Part shown: in pieces, positions 51,035 through 61,799 of the stretch
Layout: every line of letters starts with the position of its first letter
Numbering within the stretch: the first letter of the stretch is position 1
NCBI GenBank assembly: GCA_002269645.1
Contig: NIVC01001262.1
Location: forward strand, 62,001 to 126,000
Length of the DNA stretch: 64,000 nucleotides
Source: Macrostomum lignano
Lineage: Eukaryota
Reading direction: 5' to 3'
Program-made: the position numbers and the translations under genes
Notes under the pieces: model-generated
The model's database searches: none
What the model saw: only the letters and a program-made list of their open reading frames with translations
What the model was told of the DNA's origin: nothing

Positions 51035-51520
51035 GCTTGAGGGACTGAGGGAGTGGAGAGGCAGATTCAGAGGGAGCGGAGAGGCGCGGAGAGGTGGAGG
51101 GAGGGGAGAGTCGGAGGGAGTGGAGATTCAGAGGGAGCGGAGTCAGAGGGAGGGGGGAGGCGGGGGGAGCGGAGAGGCGGGGGGAGCGGAGAGGCGGGGG
51201 GAGCGGAGGTTCAGAGGGAGCGGAGTCAGAGGGAGTGGAGAGTCGGAGGGAGTGGAGATTCAGAGGGAGCGGAGTCAGAGGGAGGGGAGAGGCGGGGGGA
51301 GCGGAGGTTCAGAGGGAGCGGAGTCAGAGGGAGTGGAGAGTCGGAGGGAGCGGAGATTCAGAGGGAGGGGAGAGTCGGAGGGAGCGGAGAGGCGGGGGAG
51401 GGGAGAGGCGGGGGAGCGGAGAGGCGGGGGAGCGGAGATGCGGGGGAGCGAAGAGGCGGGGGAGCGAAGATTCAGAGGGAGGGGAGAGTCGGAGGGAGCG
51501 GAGAGGCGGGGGAGCGGAGA
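51035..51520. repeat. GA-rich degenerate minisatellite
   Basis: Units such as gagggagcggag and ggagattcaga. Confidence 0.85.
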
Positions 51521-52221
51521 GGAATAATTTCTTTAAGAAAATAAATTAAAAACGAAATGAATACGACTTGACAAAAATGTGCGCCAACACAGAAGATTCA
51601 GACAGAGTGCTGTAACTATGGAGACTGGGTGTAACAGAAAAAGCTGTATGCAATTCAACATTTTGTATTTCATTGACTCGCTAAGTTGCCTGACTAACAC
51701 TTAGGCTACAGAGTAATTACTGGGAAACTACCAGCTGAACATCAGAGGGGGAAGCATTTTTTTTAACAAAAGAGCGCATTATCGAAGGGAACAAAATGAC
51801 TGACAAAGACTGTTTTTGACTTAAAGACTACCATCTTCTAGAAAACAGCGAAGCAACTGAGATTGCTCAAGCGGCTAAACTTAGAAAAACTGTTTTTCCC
51901 ATCAACTGTAGCATTTTTCTAAATTCAAAATTAAGAAAAAAACACAAATACGCCTACTGATTTGAGTAGTTGCACACTAAAATCTAAAAAAAGATGAACC
52001 CGACAGCTTCACTGAAGCAATTAGTGGGACAGAGCGATTCTAACTAGCAATGAACGACACTGTAAATCACTAATTTTAATAGATAATTATGGAGACAACA
52101 CTGACTAAAGCGGAGGGGGGGGGGCAATCCGAGCTCACTGGTGCAGAGTTCAACAAACAGGTCTCACACTAGAAACTGTACTGTGTGCAGTTCGCACTGA
52201 TTTGTACTCTTAGTTCCCGGC

Positions 52222-53929
52222 TCAGTTGTCGTAGGCGGCCTTGATCATGCGGCCGCCCAGGATCACGGTGTTCAGCAGCAGGGTGAACAGGCCGATGTAG
52301 CCGAAGGCGCCGCGCATTCGCTTCTTCGGGTCGCCGGTTGAGTAGCCCTGGGCGTACACTACTCGGCCGGCCAGGTAGATGGCGGCGCAGGCGGCCGAGC
52401 ACCTGGGGGAGGGGTTAGGGGATTTATTTGCTAAGCTGTCCTCTGTTGAGATCGGGCAGATTCCCCACAAAATGTTGGCAGTAGAATTAATCAGCCCCAG
52501 TTAGTTTTACATGGACTTGCTTTACACATAGGAGCTGCCATCTTAGCTGCTGCAAATTCGACTCGGCTCTTGCGCTTGCAGCACCACACCGAAATTACAA
52601 CACCGGAACCTCACAACACCGGTACCTTACAACACCGGTACCTTACAGCACCGGAACCTCACAACACCGGAACCTCACAACACCGGAACCTTACAACACC
52701 GGAACCTCACAACACCGGTACCTTACAACACCGGAACCTCACAACACCAGAACCTCACAACACCGGTACCTTACAGCACCGGAACCTCACAACACCGGAA
52801 CCTCACAACACCGGAACCTTACAACACCGGAACCTCACAACACCGGTACCTTACAACACCGGAACCTCACAACACTGGAACCTTACAACACCGGAACCTC
52901 ACAACACCGGTACCTTACAACACCGGTACCTTACAACACCGGTACCTTACAAAACCGGAACCTCACAACACCGGTACCTTACAACACCGGTACCTTACAA
53001 CACCGGTACCTTACAACACCGGTACCTTACAACACCAGTACCTTACAACACCGGTACCTTACAAAACCGGAACCTCACAACACCGGTACCTTACAACACC
53101 GGTACCTTACAACACCGGTACCTTACAACACCGGTACCTTACAACACCGGAACCTCACAACACCGGTACCTTACAACACCGGTACCTTACAACACCGGTA
53201 CCTTACAAAACCGGAACCTCACAACACCGGTACCTTACAACACCGGTACCTTACAACACCGGTACCTTACAACACCGGTACCTTACAACACCGGTACCTT
53301 ACAACACCGGTACCTTACAACACCGGTACCTTACAACACCGGTACCTTACAACACCGGAACCTCAGAACACCAGAACCTCACAACACCGGTACCTTACAG
53401 CACCGGAACCTCACAACACTGGAACCTCACAACACCGGTACCTTACAGTACCGGAACCTCACAACACCGGAACCTTACAACACCGGAACCTCACAACACC
53501 GGTACCTTACAACACCGGAACCTCACAACACTGGAACCTTACAACACCGGAACCTCACAACACCGGTACCTTACGACACGGAATTTCAAACCGGAACCTT
53601 TTAACACCGGAACCTCACAACACCGGAAGTTATCGCGCCGCTCACCTGGGAGCCTGCAGGCCGCCAAACACCAGCATGAAGTAGAAGAACGGCATCGACT
53701 CCAGGTAGTTCTGGTGCGAACGTTGCACGCAGTTGAACTCCTTGCTATCCTTGCTGTACATGTCCGGGTATTCCACTCCGAACTTCTTGCGGGCCTGCAT
53801 GACCCGGCCAGCCAGGTAATAGTTGACAAAGAACCCGCCAGAGCCGGCCAGAACCACCCAGCCGTAGTGGCGGGGCAGGCCCTGCTGCAGGTGCGGGTTC
53901 ACAGTCTTGATGGCGTTCATCAGATGCAT
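52222..53929 (-). CDS. MGST3: Microsomal glutathione S-transferase 3 (MAPEG family), exons 53646-53929 and 52222-52402, 154 aa
   Basis: YGWVVL...VMQARKKFGVEYPDMYS...FNCVQRSHQNYLES...GRVVYAQGYSTGDPKKRMRGAFGYIG; donor AG|gtgagc, acceptor ccccag, phases fit. Confidence 0.95.
52590..53630. repeat. 16/18-bp minisatellite filling the MGST3 intron
   Basis: acaacaccggtacctt / acaacaccggaacctc units. Confidence 0.95.
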
Positions 53930-54049
53930 GACTGCGTCTGCGATTCAAGCATGCAGTGGATCGGGTGGCAGATGGCATTGAATTCAGCACAGCACTGACA
54001 GGTAAATGTCTCTTCGAAACAGGATTCTACAGAGATTCCTCGAAATGGA

Positions 54050-54340
54050 ATTTCTACAGTGATTCCTAGAAATGGGACTCCTACAGCGATTCCTAGAAAT
54101 ATGACTCAAAGCGATTCCTAGGACTCCTACAGCGATTCCTAGAAATGGGACTCTAGTATAGCGATTCCTAGAAATGGGACTCCTAGTACAGCGATTCCTA
54201 GAAATAGGACTCCTACAGCGATTCCTAGAAATAGGACTCCTACAGCGATTCCTAGAAATAGGACTCCTACAGCGATTCCTAGAAATAGGACTCCTACAGC
54301 GATTCCTAGAAATAGGACTCCTACAGCGATTCCGAGAAAT
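54050..54340. repeat. 27-bp minisatellite
   Basis: cagcgattcctagaaataggactccta. Confidence 0.9.
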
Positions 54341-54811
54341 GGGATTTTAACAGCTATTCGTGCAAATGGGATTCTTAAAGCATTTCAAAAATTAATAATG
54401 TTAAATCGGTGGGTTAAACGTATTACGACTGAGTATCGCGAAAATCTTAGTTGATTAAAGTCCAAAAAACAGCAAAAATCGGCTCTAATTTAACAAAAAT
54501 GGCAGCACCAGCGCCGTGTATATTTAATATTCATGATTATGACTAAATCGCAGATACAAGCCGACTACAACCCGGCCTTCGATAAAATGCTGTCACACCA
54601 GTACGACTTGAACATCTTTCCGTCTCAGAAAATTATCACTCAAGAAAAATGAACGCTAAAGACAGAAAGACCCGGCACCAAATGGAGGAAAGAAACGCAA
54701 TTATAAGTTCTTGGTTCAAAGGATGTCAATAAAAATAATTTAAATTTATAAATACAGTGCCACACCTCCGATAATAAAGCTTTTTTGTGCCCAGTAATAA
54801 GTTTGAGCACC

Positions 54812-55060
54812 AACTCTGATTGGTCAGGGTGGGTCAGACACATTCAGGCTGGAACAACTCTGACTGGTCAGGGTGGGTTAGACACATTCAGGCTGGAACA
54901 ACTCTGATTGGTCAGGGTGGGTCAGACACATTCAGGCTGGAACAACTCTGATTGGTCAGGGTGGGTCAGACACATTCAGGCTGGAACAACTCTGATTGGT
55001 CAGGGTGGGTCAGACACATTCAGGCTGGAACAACTCTGATTGGTCAGGGTGGGTCAGACA
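54812..55060. repeat. 44-bp tandem repeat, ~5.5 copies
   Basis: caactctgattggtcagggtgggtcagacacattcaggctggaa. Confidence 0.9.
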
Positions 55061-55230
55061 GTCGCATTGCAGCAAGGCTCATTATAAAGCATGAAACAGT
55101 TGCAGCAAAAAGATGTCGAAAAGCAAAGCAGCTGAGTTTGAAAGAATGAAGAAGTTGGTCAATGTAAAAATAATTTCATAAAAGCGCCTTTTTGTGCTAG
55201 TTTTTTGCTTCTAAAAGTACACAAAAAGAA

Positions 55231-56824
55231 CTAATCGTAGCCACTAACGGCAATGCTGTCACCCTCTTGCTTTTCCCTCTGCTGCTGTTCTGGCTCCGAC
55301 TTGTTCATGTGCTGCTGCGGCTTTATTAAGACATTCCATTTTGAAGTATTTTCCTCTGAAATAGACAATCGAATGGATATTTTAAGTCAGCGAGCATGGG
55401 TTAAAGGATTTTAGGTCAAGTGGACATGGGTCGAAGGATTTTAGGTCGGGGAGCATGGGTCGAAGGATTTTGGGTCGGGGAGCATGGGTCGAAGGATTTT
55501 GGGTCGGGGAGCATGGGTCGAAGGATTTTGGGTCGATTGGACATGGGTCTAAGGATTTAGGGTCGAGTAGACATGGGTCGAAGGATTTTGGGTCGGGGAG
55601 CATGGGTCGAAGGATTTTGGGTCGGGGAGCATGGGTCAAAAGATTTTGGGTCGGGGGACATGGGTCGAAGGATTTTGGGTCGGGGAGCATGGGTCGAATG
55701 ATTTTGGGTCGGGGAGCATGGGTCGAAGGATTTTGGGTCGGGGAGCATGGGTCAAAGGATTCTGAGTCGCGCGTATGGGTGAAAGGATTCTGGGATAATC
55801 TACAAAACCCTGAATAAAAATGATGACAGGATAAGACAAAACAGTTCAATTTCCATGGGTCAAAGACCAAGTACCCACCTTTTGTCTTATTTTGCTTGGC
55901 CAGCAGCACGGTGATCCGAGCCAGAGTGCTCAGCAGAGCTCGCTCCTCTGCACCAGTTGACTCAGCCACCGCGGGGACAGCAGTTGTCGATTTCCGCTGC
56001 TGAGGAGGACTCGAACCGTTGTGCACTTTTTTGCCGTTCCGTCGCAACTCAAACAGCAGGCGTTGGCGCTTCCGCTCCAGCGCGGCCAGCTCCTGCATGT
56101 CCAGGATGGCCCGGTCCCGAGCCAGCGTCTCCTGCACCAGCTGCTGGCCAAGCGAATTGGCGGCTGGGGAGCCGGCCGGCGTCTGCCGATCGCTGCGCAG
56201 GCGCTTCTTTGGTGGCAGCTGCGTCTGCAACAAAATCAAAGACTTGTCTTTCACCTTTGCCTGGGCTACCGGCTACAGGCAGTTCCCCTGTGCCACTGAT
56301 CCCCAGTCACTAAGTCACAGATCCCTTAGTCACTAAGTCACAGATCCCTCAGTCACTAAGTCACTGATCCCCAGTCACTAAGTCACAGATCCCTCAGTCA
56401 CTAAGTCACAGATCCCTCAGTCACTAAGTCACTGATCCCCAGTCACTAAGTCACTGATCCCTCAGTCATTAAGTCACTGATCCCTCAGTCACTAAGTCAC
56501 TGATCCCCAGTCATTAAGTCACTGATCCCCAGTCACTAAGTCACTAATCTTTAGTCATTAAGTCACTGATCCCCAGTCACTAAGTCACTGATCCCCAGTC
56601 ATTAAGTCACTGATCCCCAGTCACTAAGTCACTGATCCCCAGTCACTAAGTCACTGCACTGTGTGCCGCTGATTTCCAGCCAATAATTCCCTATCCTCAA
56701 CACCTAGCCACTAGATTTCAAACTCGCAGGTACCCCTCCCCACTGGATGCAGTTAAATTGCAAAGTTTATCAAATTAGTTCCTACCTCATCAAACTGCCT
56801 GGTTGTGCGCTCAGTTCCGGGCAT
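55231..56824 (-). CDS. Uncharacterised 169-aa protein, exons 56786-56824, 55879-56224, 55231-55355
   Basis: Phase-consistent GT-AG joins give MPGTERTTRQFDE-TQLPPKKRLRSD...LAALERKRQRLLFELRR...-EENTSKWNV...SGYD*; NLS-like PPKKRLR and a coiled-coil-like segment; both introns contain minisatellites. No family recognised. Confidence 0.65.
55400..55760. repeat. 29-bp minisatellite (intronic)
   Basis: gggtcggggagcatgggtcgaaggatttt. Confidence 0.9.
56298..56655. repeat. 22/23-bp minisatellite (intronic)
   Basis: cagtcactaagtcactgatccc. Confidence 0.9.
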
Positions 56825-57250
56825 CCGGACCAGATTGGCTGGAAGCAAAGAATATCCAAGATGGATGAATTATTTGGGTTAAGAATTAAGCTGTGAAAAG
56901 GAGCTCATCTTAGCCTATACATCTCTATAGATTTTTCCAGGAGCCCAATCTTCTCCACTTGAGTTAAATAAGAGCTATTTACAGAGTACAACAGAATAAA
57001 GCAATTACAAGCTAAAAATAGCTTATGAAACTAAGAAACTTCCAAAGCCCAGCCAATATGCTGATCAATTTATTAGTATCGACAAAGCTACTTGAAGTAG
57101 TTTGGAATTTAACAAATGCACTCAGTTTGAAATACGACAGCCTTACACACAGAGGGATAACAAAAAACTTTATAACCAATCAATTCAAATCCCTATTCGG
57201 GATATTATAAGCAAACTAGAGTGAAAAATAGAGAGATTTCGACAACGGGG

Positions 57251-59414
57251 CTACTCGGCCTCGTTGTGGCACTTTTTCTTCTGCTTCTTCTCGGCCTGAT
57301 TGTCGTCCGCATTGGGCGGCTCGGTCTGCGGCTTCTCCTTGCCGGACTTGGGCCGCTTCTTGGCCGACTTCCGCCCGGCCTCCACGCTGCCGCTGGCGTC
57401 CTGCGGCGGCGCTGGCTGACCGGCGGCCGAGAGATTAACGGAAGCGGACGTGGTGGCTGAGCCGGTGGCTGCTGCGGTTTCTTCAGCGGCATCGCTGAGG
57501 TCCAGGTCAATGAATGGAGCGTCTGTCAAAGCAGAATTTCAAGCGCTTGCACCGTATGCTATTGCATAGGGACCGATTTCCCCTGTTAATTAAGGCTTGG
57601 GATCGATTTCCCCTGTTAATTAGGGCTTGGGATCGATTTCCCCTGTTAATTAGGGCTTGGGGACCGATTTCCCCTGTTAATTAGGGCTTGGGGACCGATT
57701 TCCCCTGTTAATTAGGGCTTGGGGATCGATTTCCCCTGTTAATTAGGGCTTAGGATCGATTTCCCCTGTTAATTAGGGCTTGGGGACCGATTTCCCCTGT
57801 TAATTAGGGCTTGGGGATCGATTTCCCCTGTTAATTAGGGCTTAGGACCGATTTCCCCTGTTAATTAGGGCTTGGGGACCGATTTCCCCTGTTAATTAGG
57901 GCTTGGGGACCGATTTCCCCTGTTAATTAGGGCTTGGGGACCGATTTCCCCTGTTAATTAGGGCTTAGGATCGATTTACCCTGTTAATTAGGGCTTGGGG
58001 ATCGATTTCCCCTGTTAATTAGGGCTTAGGATCGATTTCCCCTGTTAATTAGGGCTTGGGGACCGATTTCCCCTGTTAATTAGGGCTTAGGATCGATTTA
58101 CCCTGTTAATTAGGGCTTAGGATAGATTTCCCGTGTTAATTAGGCTTTGGGATCGATTGAGGATCGATATATTGAGAAGGGCATCAAGTCAGGATTGATT
58201 TCGCTCACCCAAAGTGGTTTCCAAATCTTGATTCTCCACATCTTCATCGCCGTCCGCGTCGGTCTCTGCCGCAGTCAGCAGCCGCCTGAAGTCGTCCGGC
58301 TGCACCGATTTCCAGCTGGTGTGCGGCGGCCGGTCCTCGATGACGCAGGCGGCCATGGCGGCCAGACGCAGCAGGAGGTCCCTGGTCGGCGCGGGCGTGC
58401 CCGGCATTCTGGCATAGCCAATCAGCTGGCGCAGCAAGCTGGCATAGTTGACGCGGTGAGCCAAGAAGCCGTGCTTGGTGAGGGCGAGGCCGATGTCGGC
58501 GCCAGTGAGCCGGGCTGGGTTGCCGCTGCTCAGCTCCGTGCGAATCTTACTCAGCGGATAGTACTGGCAGTAGTAGTGCTCGAATACGCACCTAACAACG
58601 TGCTCGGACAGTGGCGAACCGGCGGGCAGGCCGGCCACCAGACGGACAAAAAGGTCAGCGAAGGCCGGATGAAGTCCCTTGACGTAGGCGAACCGGCCCA
58701 CGTACTCGTGCAGCAGCGTGACCAGCAGGCAGCGGAACTCCAGCGCCGAGTCGCTGCAGGCACGGAGAGAAGAGTGAAACCAGTGTGCGCTGGCGTACGA
58801 ATGGCAGTGCAGTGACCTCTCTACATCACTACCCCTATCTTAAGGCACTTCCAGCACCCTTATTTTATTAAAACCCTGTCAATTGGCCGAGAATCGAACC
58901 TGTCCTCCTCGAATCCAGCAGGGCAGTCAGTGCCGCCGAGCAGAAGGCCGTCCACCCAGAGGTCGCCGAGGCGGCCAACTCTCTTAGCAACAGTCGCTGC
59001 AGTCGCGTCAACTTCGCTCGGCTGTTTCTGCCGGCGCCGTTTGCGGCGTTGCCCGGAGCAGCAGATCCAGTAGAGGCTGCAGCTGACTGCCAGTTCCAGC
59101 AGCACGCTGGAGCGCTCGCGCCACGAGTTGGCGCGGCTCGGCCAGGCGGACGCCAGCTGAACGAATCCGGCGCGCAGAAACTGGAACTGGCGGCGGCCCT
59201 TGGCGGCCACCCGCTTGATGGTCGCGGCGGCCGAATCCAGGGCGCGAGTTCGCTGCTGACCGGCCTGAGCTGACAGCTCGGCAAAGGCGGAGATGAAGCC
59301 AGACCAGGAGGCGGCCAGCTCCGCTTCCGATGGCAGCTCAGTGGGCTGGGCGTCCCGAAAGCCAGCGAGCCGCCGCTGGCACTCGGCCAGGGATGCCAGA
59401 CGGGCGTCCAGAGA
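57251..59414 (-). CDS. Uncharacterised helical protein with Lys-rich C-terminus; exons ~58900-59414, 58209-58789, 57251-57522; 5' end not found
   Basis: GC-rich open frames with GT-AG joins (G|gtgagc to gacag|, phase 1); LEFRCLLVTLLHEYVGRFAYVKGLHPAF...HVVRCVFEHYYCQYYP. The end of the most 5' exon is ambiguous and a frameshift is possible. No family recognised. Confidence 0.6.
57570..58145. repeat. 31-bp minisatellite filling intron 57523-58208
   Basis: accgatttcccctgttaattagggcttgggg. Confidence 0.95.
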
Positions 59415-59544
59415 CTGAAGTCAGCGAGGATTTGGATTGCCGCTATTGGAAACAGGAGAAGCAGGAGTTCTGTATCATACTAGTGATGCCTCTTTGAGTC
59501 AGCAGTACATTGCACTGAGTATTAGGAACCCCTGACACCCTTTA

Positions 59545-60570
59545 GTCTTGCACTACAGTAGCCTGAGCACCCCTTAGTTCTGCACTACAGTAGCCTGAGC
59601 ACTCCTTAGTTCTGCACTACAGTAGCCTGAGCACCCCTTAGTTCTGCACTACAGTAGCCTGAGCACCCCTTAGTCTTGCACTACAGTAGCCTGAGCACCC
59701 CTTAGTCTTGCACTACAGTAGCCTGAGCACCCCTAGTCTTGCACTACAGTAGCCTGAGCACCCCCTAGTCTTACACTACAGTAGCCTGAGCACCCCTAGT
59801 CTTGCACTACAGTAGCCTGAGCACCCCTTAGTCTTGCACTACAGTAGCCTGAGCACCCCTTAGTCTTGCACTACAGTAGCCTGAGCACCCCTTAGTCTTG
59901 CGCTACAGTAGCCTGAGCACCCCTTAGTCTTGCACTACAGTAGCCTGAACACCCCTTAGTCTTGCACTACAGTAGCCTGAGCACCCCTTAGTCTTGCGCT
60001 ACAGTAGCCTGAGCACCCTTAGTCTTGCACTACAGTAGCCTGAGCACCCCTTAGTTCTGCACTACAGTAGCCTGAGCACCCCTTAGTCTTGCACTACAGT
60101 AGCCTGAGCACCCCTTAGTCTTGCGCTACAGTAGCCTGAGCACCCCTTAGTCTTGCACTACAGTAGCCTGAGCACCCCTTAGTCTTGCACTACAGTAGCC
60201 TGAGCACCCCTTAGTCTTGCGCTACAGTAGCCTGAGCACCCCTTAGTCTTGCACTACAGTAGCCTGAGCACCCCTTAGTTCTGCACTACAGTAGCCTGAG
60301 CACCCCTTAGTCTTGCGCTACAGTAGCCTGAGCACCCCTTAGTCTTGCACTACAGTAGCCTGAGCACCCTTAGTCTTGCACTACAGTAGCCTGAGCACCC
60401 CTTAGTTCTGCACTACAGTAGCCTGAGCACCCCTTAGTTCTGCACTACAGTAGCCTGAGCACCCCTTAGTCTTGCACTACAGTAGCCTGAGCACCCCTTA
60501 GTTCTGCACTACAGTAGCCTGAGCACCCCTTAGTTCTAGCCTGAGCACCCCTTAGTCTTGCACTACAATA
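59545..60570. repeat. 32-bp minisatellite
   Basis: gcactacagtagcctgagcaccccttagtctt, about 32 copies. Confidence 0.95.
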
Positions 60571-61354
60571 GCACCCGCCCAAATACTCAATTTACCTTAC
60601 GATAAAGAAATAATTCACAATAAGGAAATGAAGACCAGACTCCTTATTACTCAGTCACTGCGATCGCATATCAGTTCCGTAGTCACGCCAGTCCAGTCCA
60701 TAAAAATGATTAATTATGACAATGAAGCTGGGAACAGGTGTGAAACAAAGCACAATAATAAAATGCTCAAACGGCTAAGGCTGCAAACATACGGCCAAAA
60801 TATAAGCAAGTGTGCACTCGCACTGATTCTGTTGGCATACTAGAAATCGAACAACAAGTCAATAGAATTAGATAATAAATTAAAAAGCAGAACATAACCA
60901 GTTTATAAGTGTCAGTGCAGCATGGCGGATGGTTTAGGGCGCACGTACAATATGGCTAAACTACAATATCAGCAGAGAATGCCCGCAGGGAGTTTAGATA
61001 GCAGATTGATAAACTCGCGCATTGTCTAAACTACTATGAGTAATATTATAAAATAAAGCAATGAAACCTTAATTTAATAATAAGTGTAAATTAGGCATTT
61101 ACAATAGTCTGCGAAAAAACATAGGCATTTCAGGCTACGAAGAACAAGAGATAGAAGGAAGCTGGTCAATCTCGAAGAGCGGAACGCAGTTGGCCTCATC
61201 ATAAATGCCGAAATATTACATTCCCAGCTCGCCAGGTAGCCAAGCGAACTGTTGAATTTCAATCTGAAAAAATGTTCGTCTTTTATTGAAAGATTATACT
61301 TTGAATTCATGAAATAAGAGCACAAGTGAAAGTATTGCTTGGCATATCTGCACT

Positions 61355-61615
61355 TCAGTATGTGCCAGCGGCCCAGGTGCCGTCACATTACTTTAGGCTA
61401 AATTGGAAGTCCGCCTTGTGTCTTCTCGTTCAATTAACGTTCTTGAGGACCAATCCGCAAGGCGCAGTGAAGTGTACATGCCTACCGATACATAAAGTTT
61501 AGGGCCGCTGTACACTCCTGTGTGAGTGTGTGCCTGTGCGTATGACTGCGTACGTATCCGCGCGCTTGTGTGACATGCTCAAGGGAATCGGCGGAATGGG
61601 CAGCTCCCTGCCTCT
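61355..61615 (+). mobile_element. Diverged second copy of the SINE at 42840-43213
   Basis: 61458-61615 (caaggcgcagtgaagtgtacatgccta...gggccgctgtacactcctgtgtgagtgtgtgcctg...tcggcggaatgggcag) matches the reverse complement of ~42915-43067; the head is degenerate. Confidence 0.8.
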
Positions 61616-61799
61616 AATTAGAACTAACTGAACTTTTAAATAACATGCTGTAGCATGGGATGACAGTTGATATTTCTGATGGCAGATAAAAGGCTGAAAC
61701 CAAGCATGTGAGCAGCAGAATTCACTCACCTCATTCCCCAACCGTATGCTGCCACAGAAAGTCCCGCAGCGCTGCAGACAGGCCACACACCGACTCGGG

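Noticed and set aside
52570-53604. 344-aa TPVPYNTGTLQHR repeat ORF (mucin-like appearance)
   Set aside because: Antisense translation of the minisatellite that fills the MGST3 intron.
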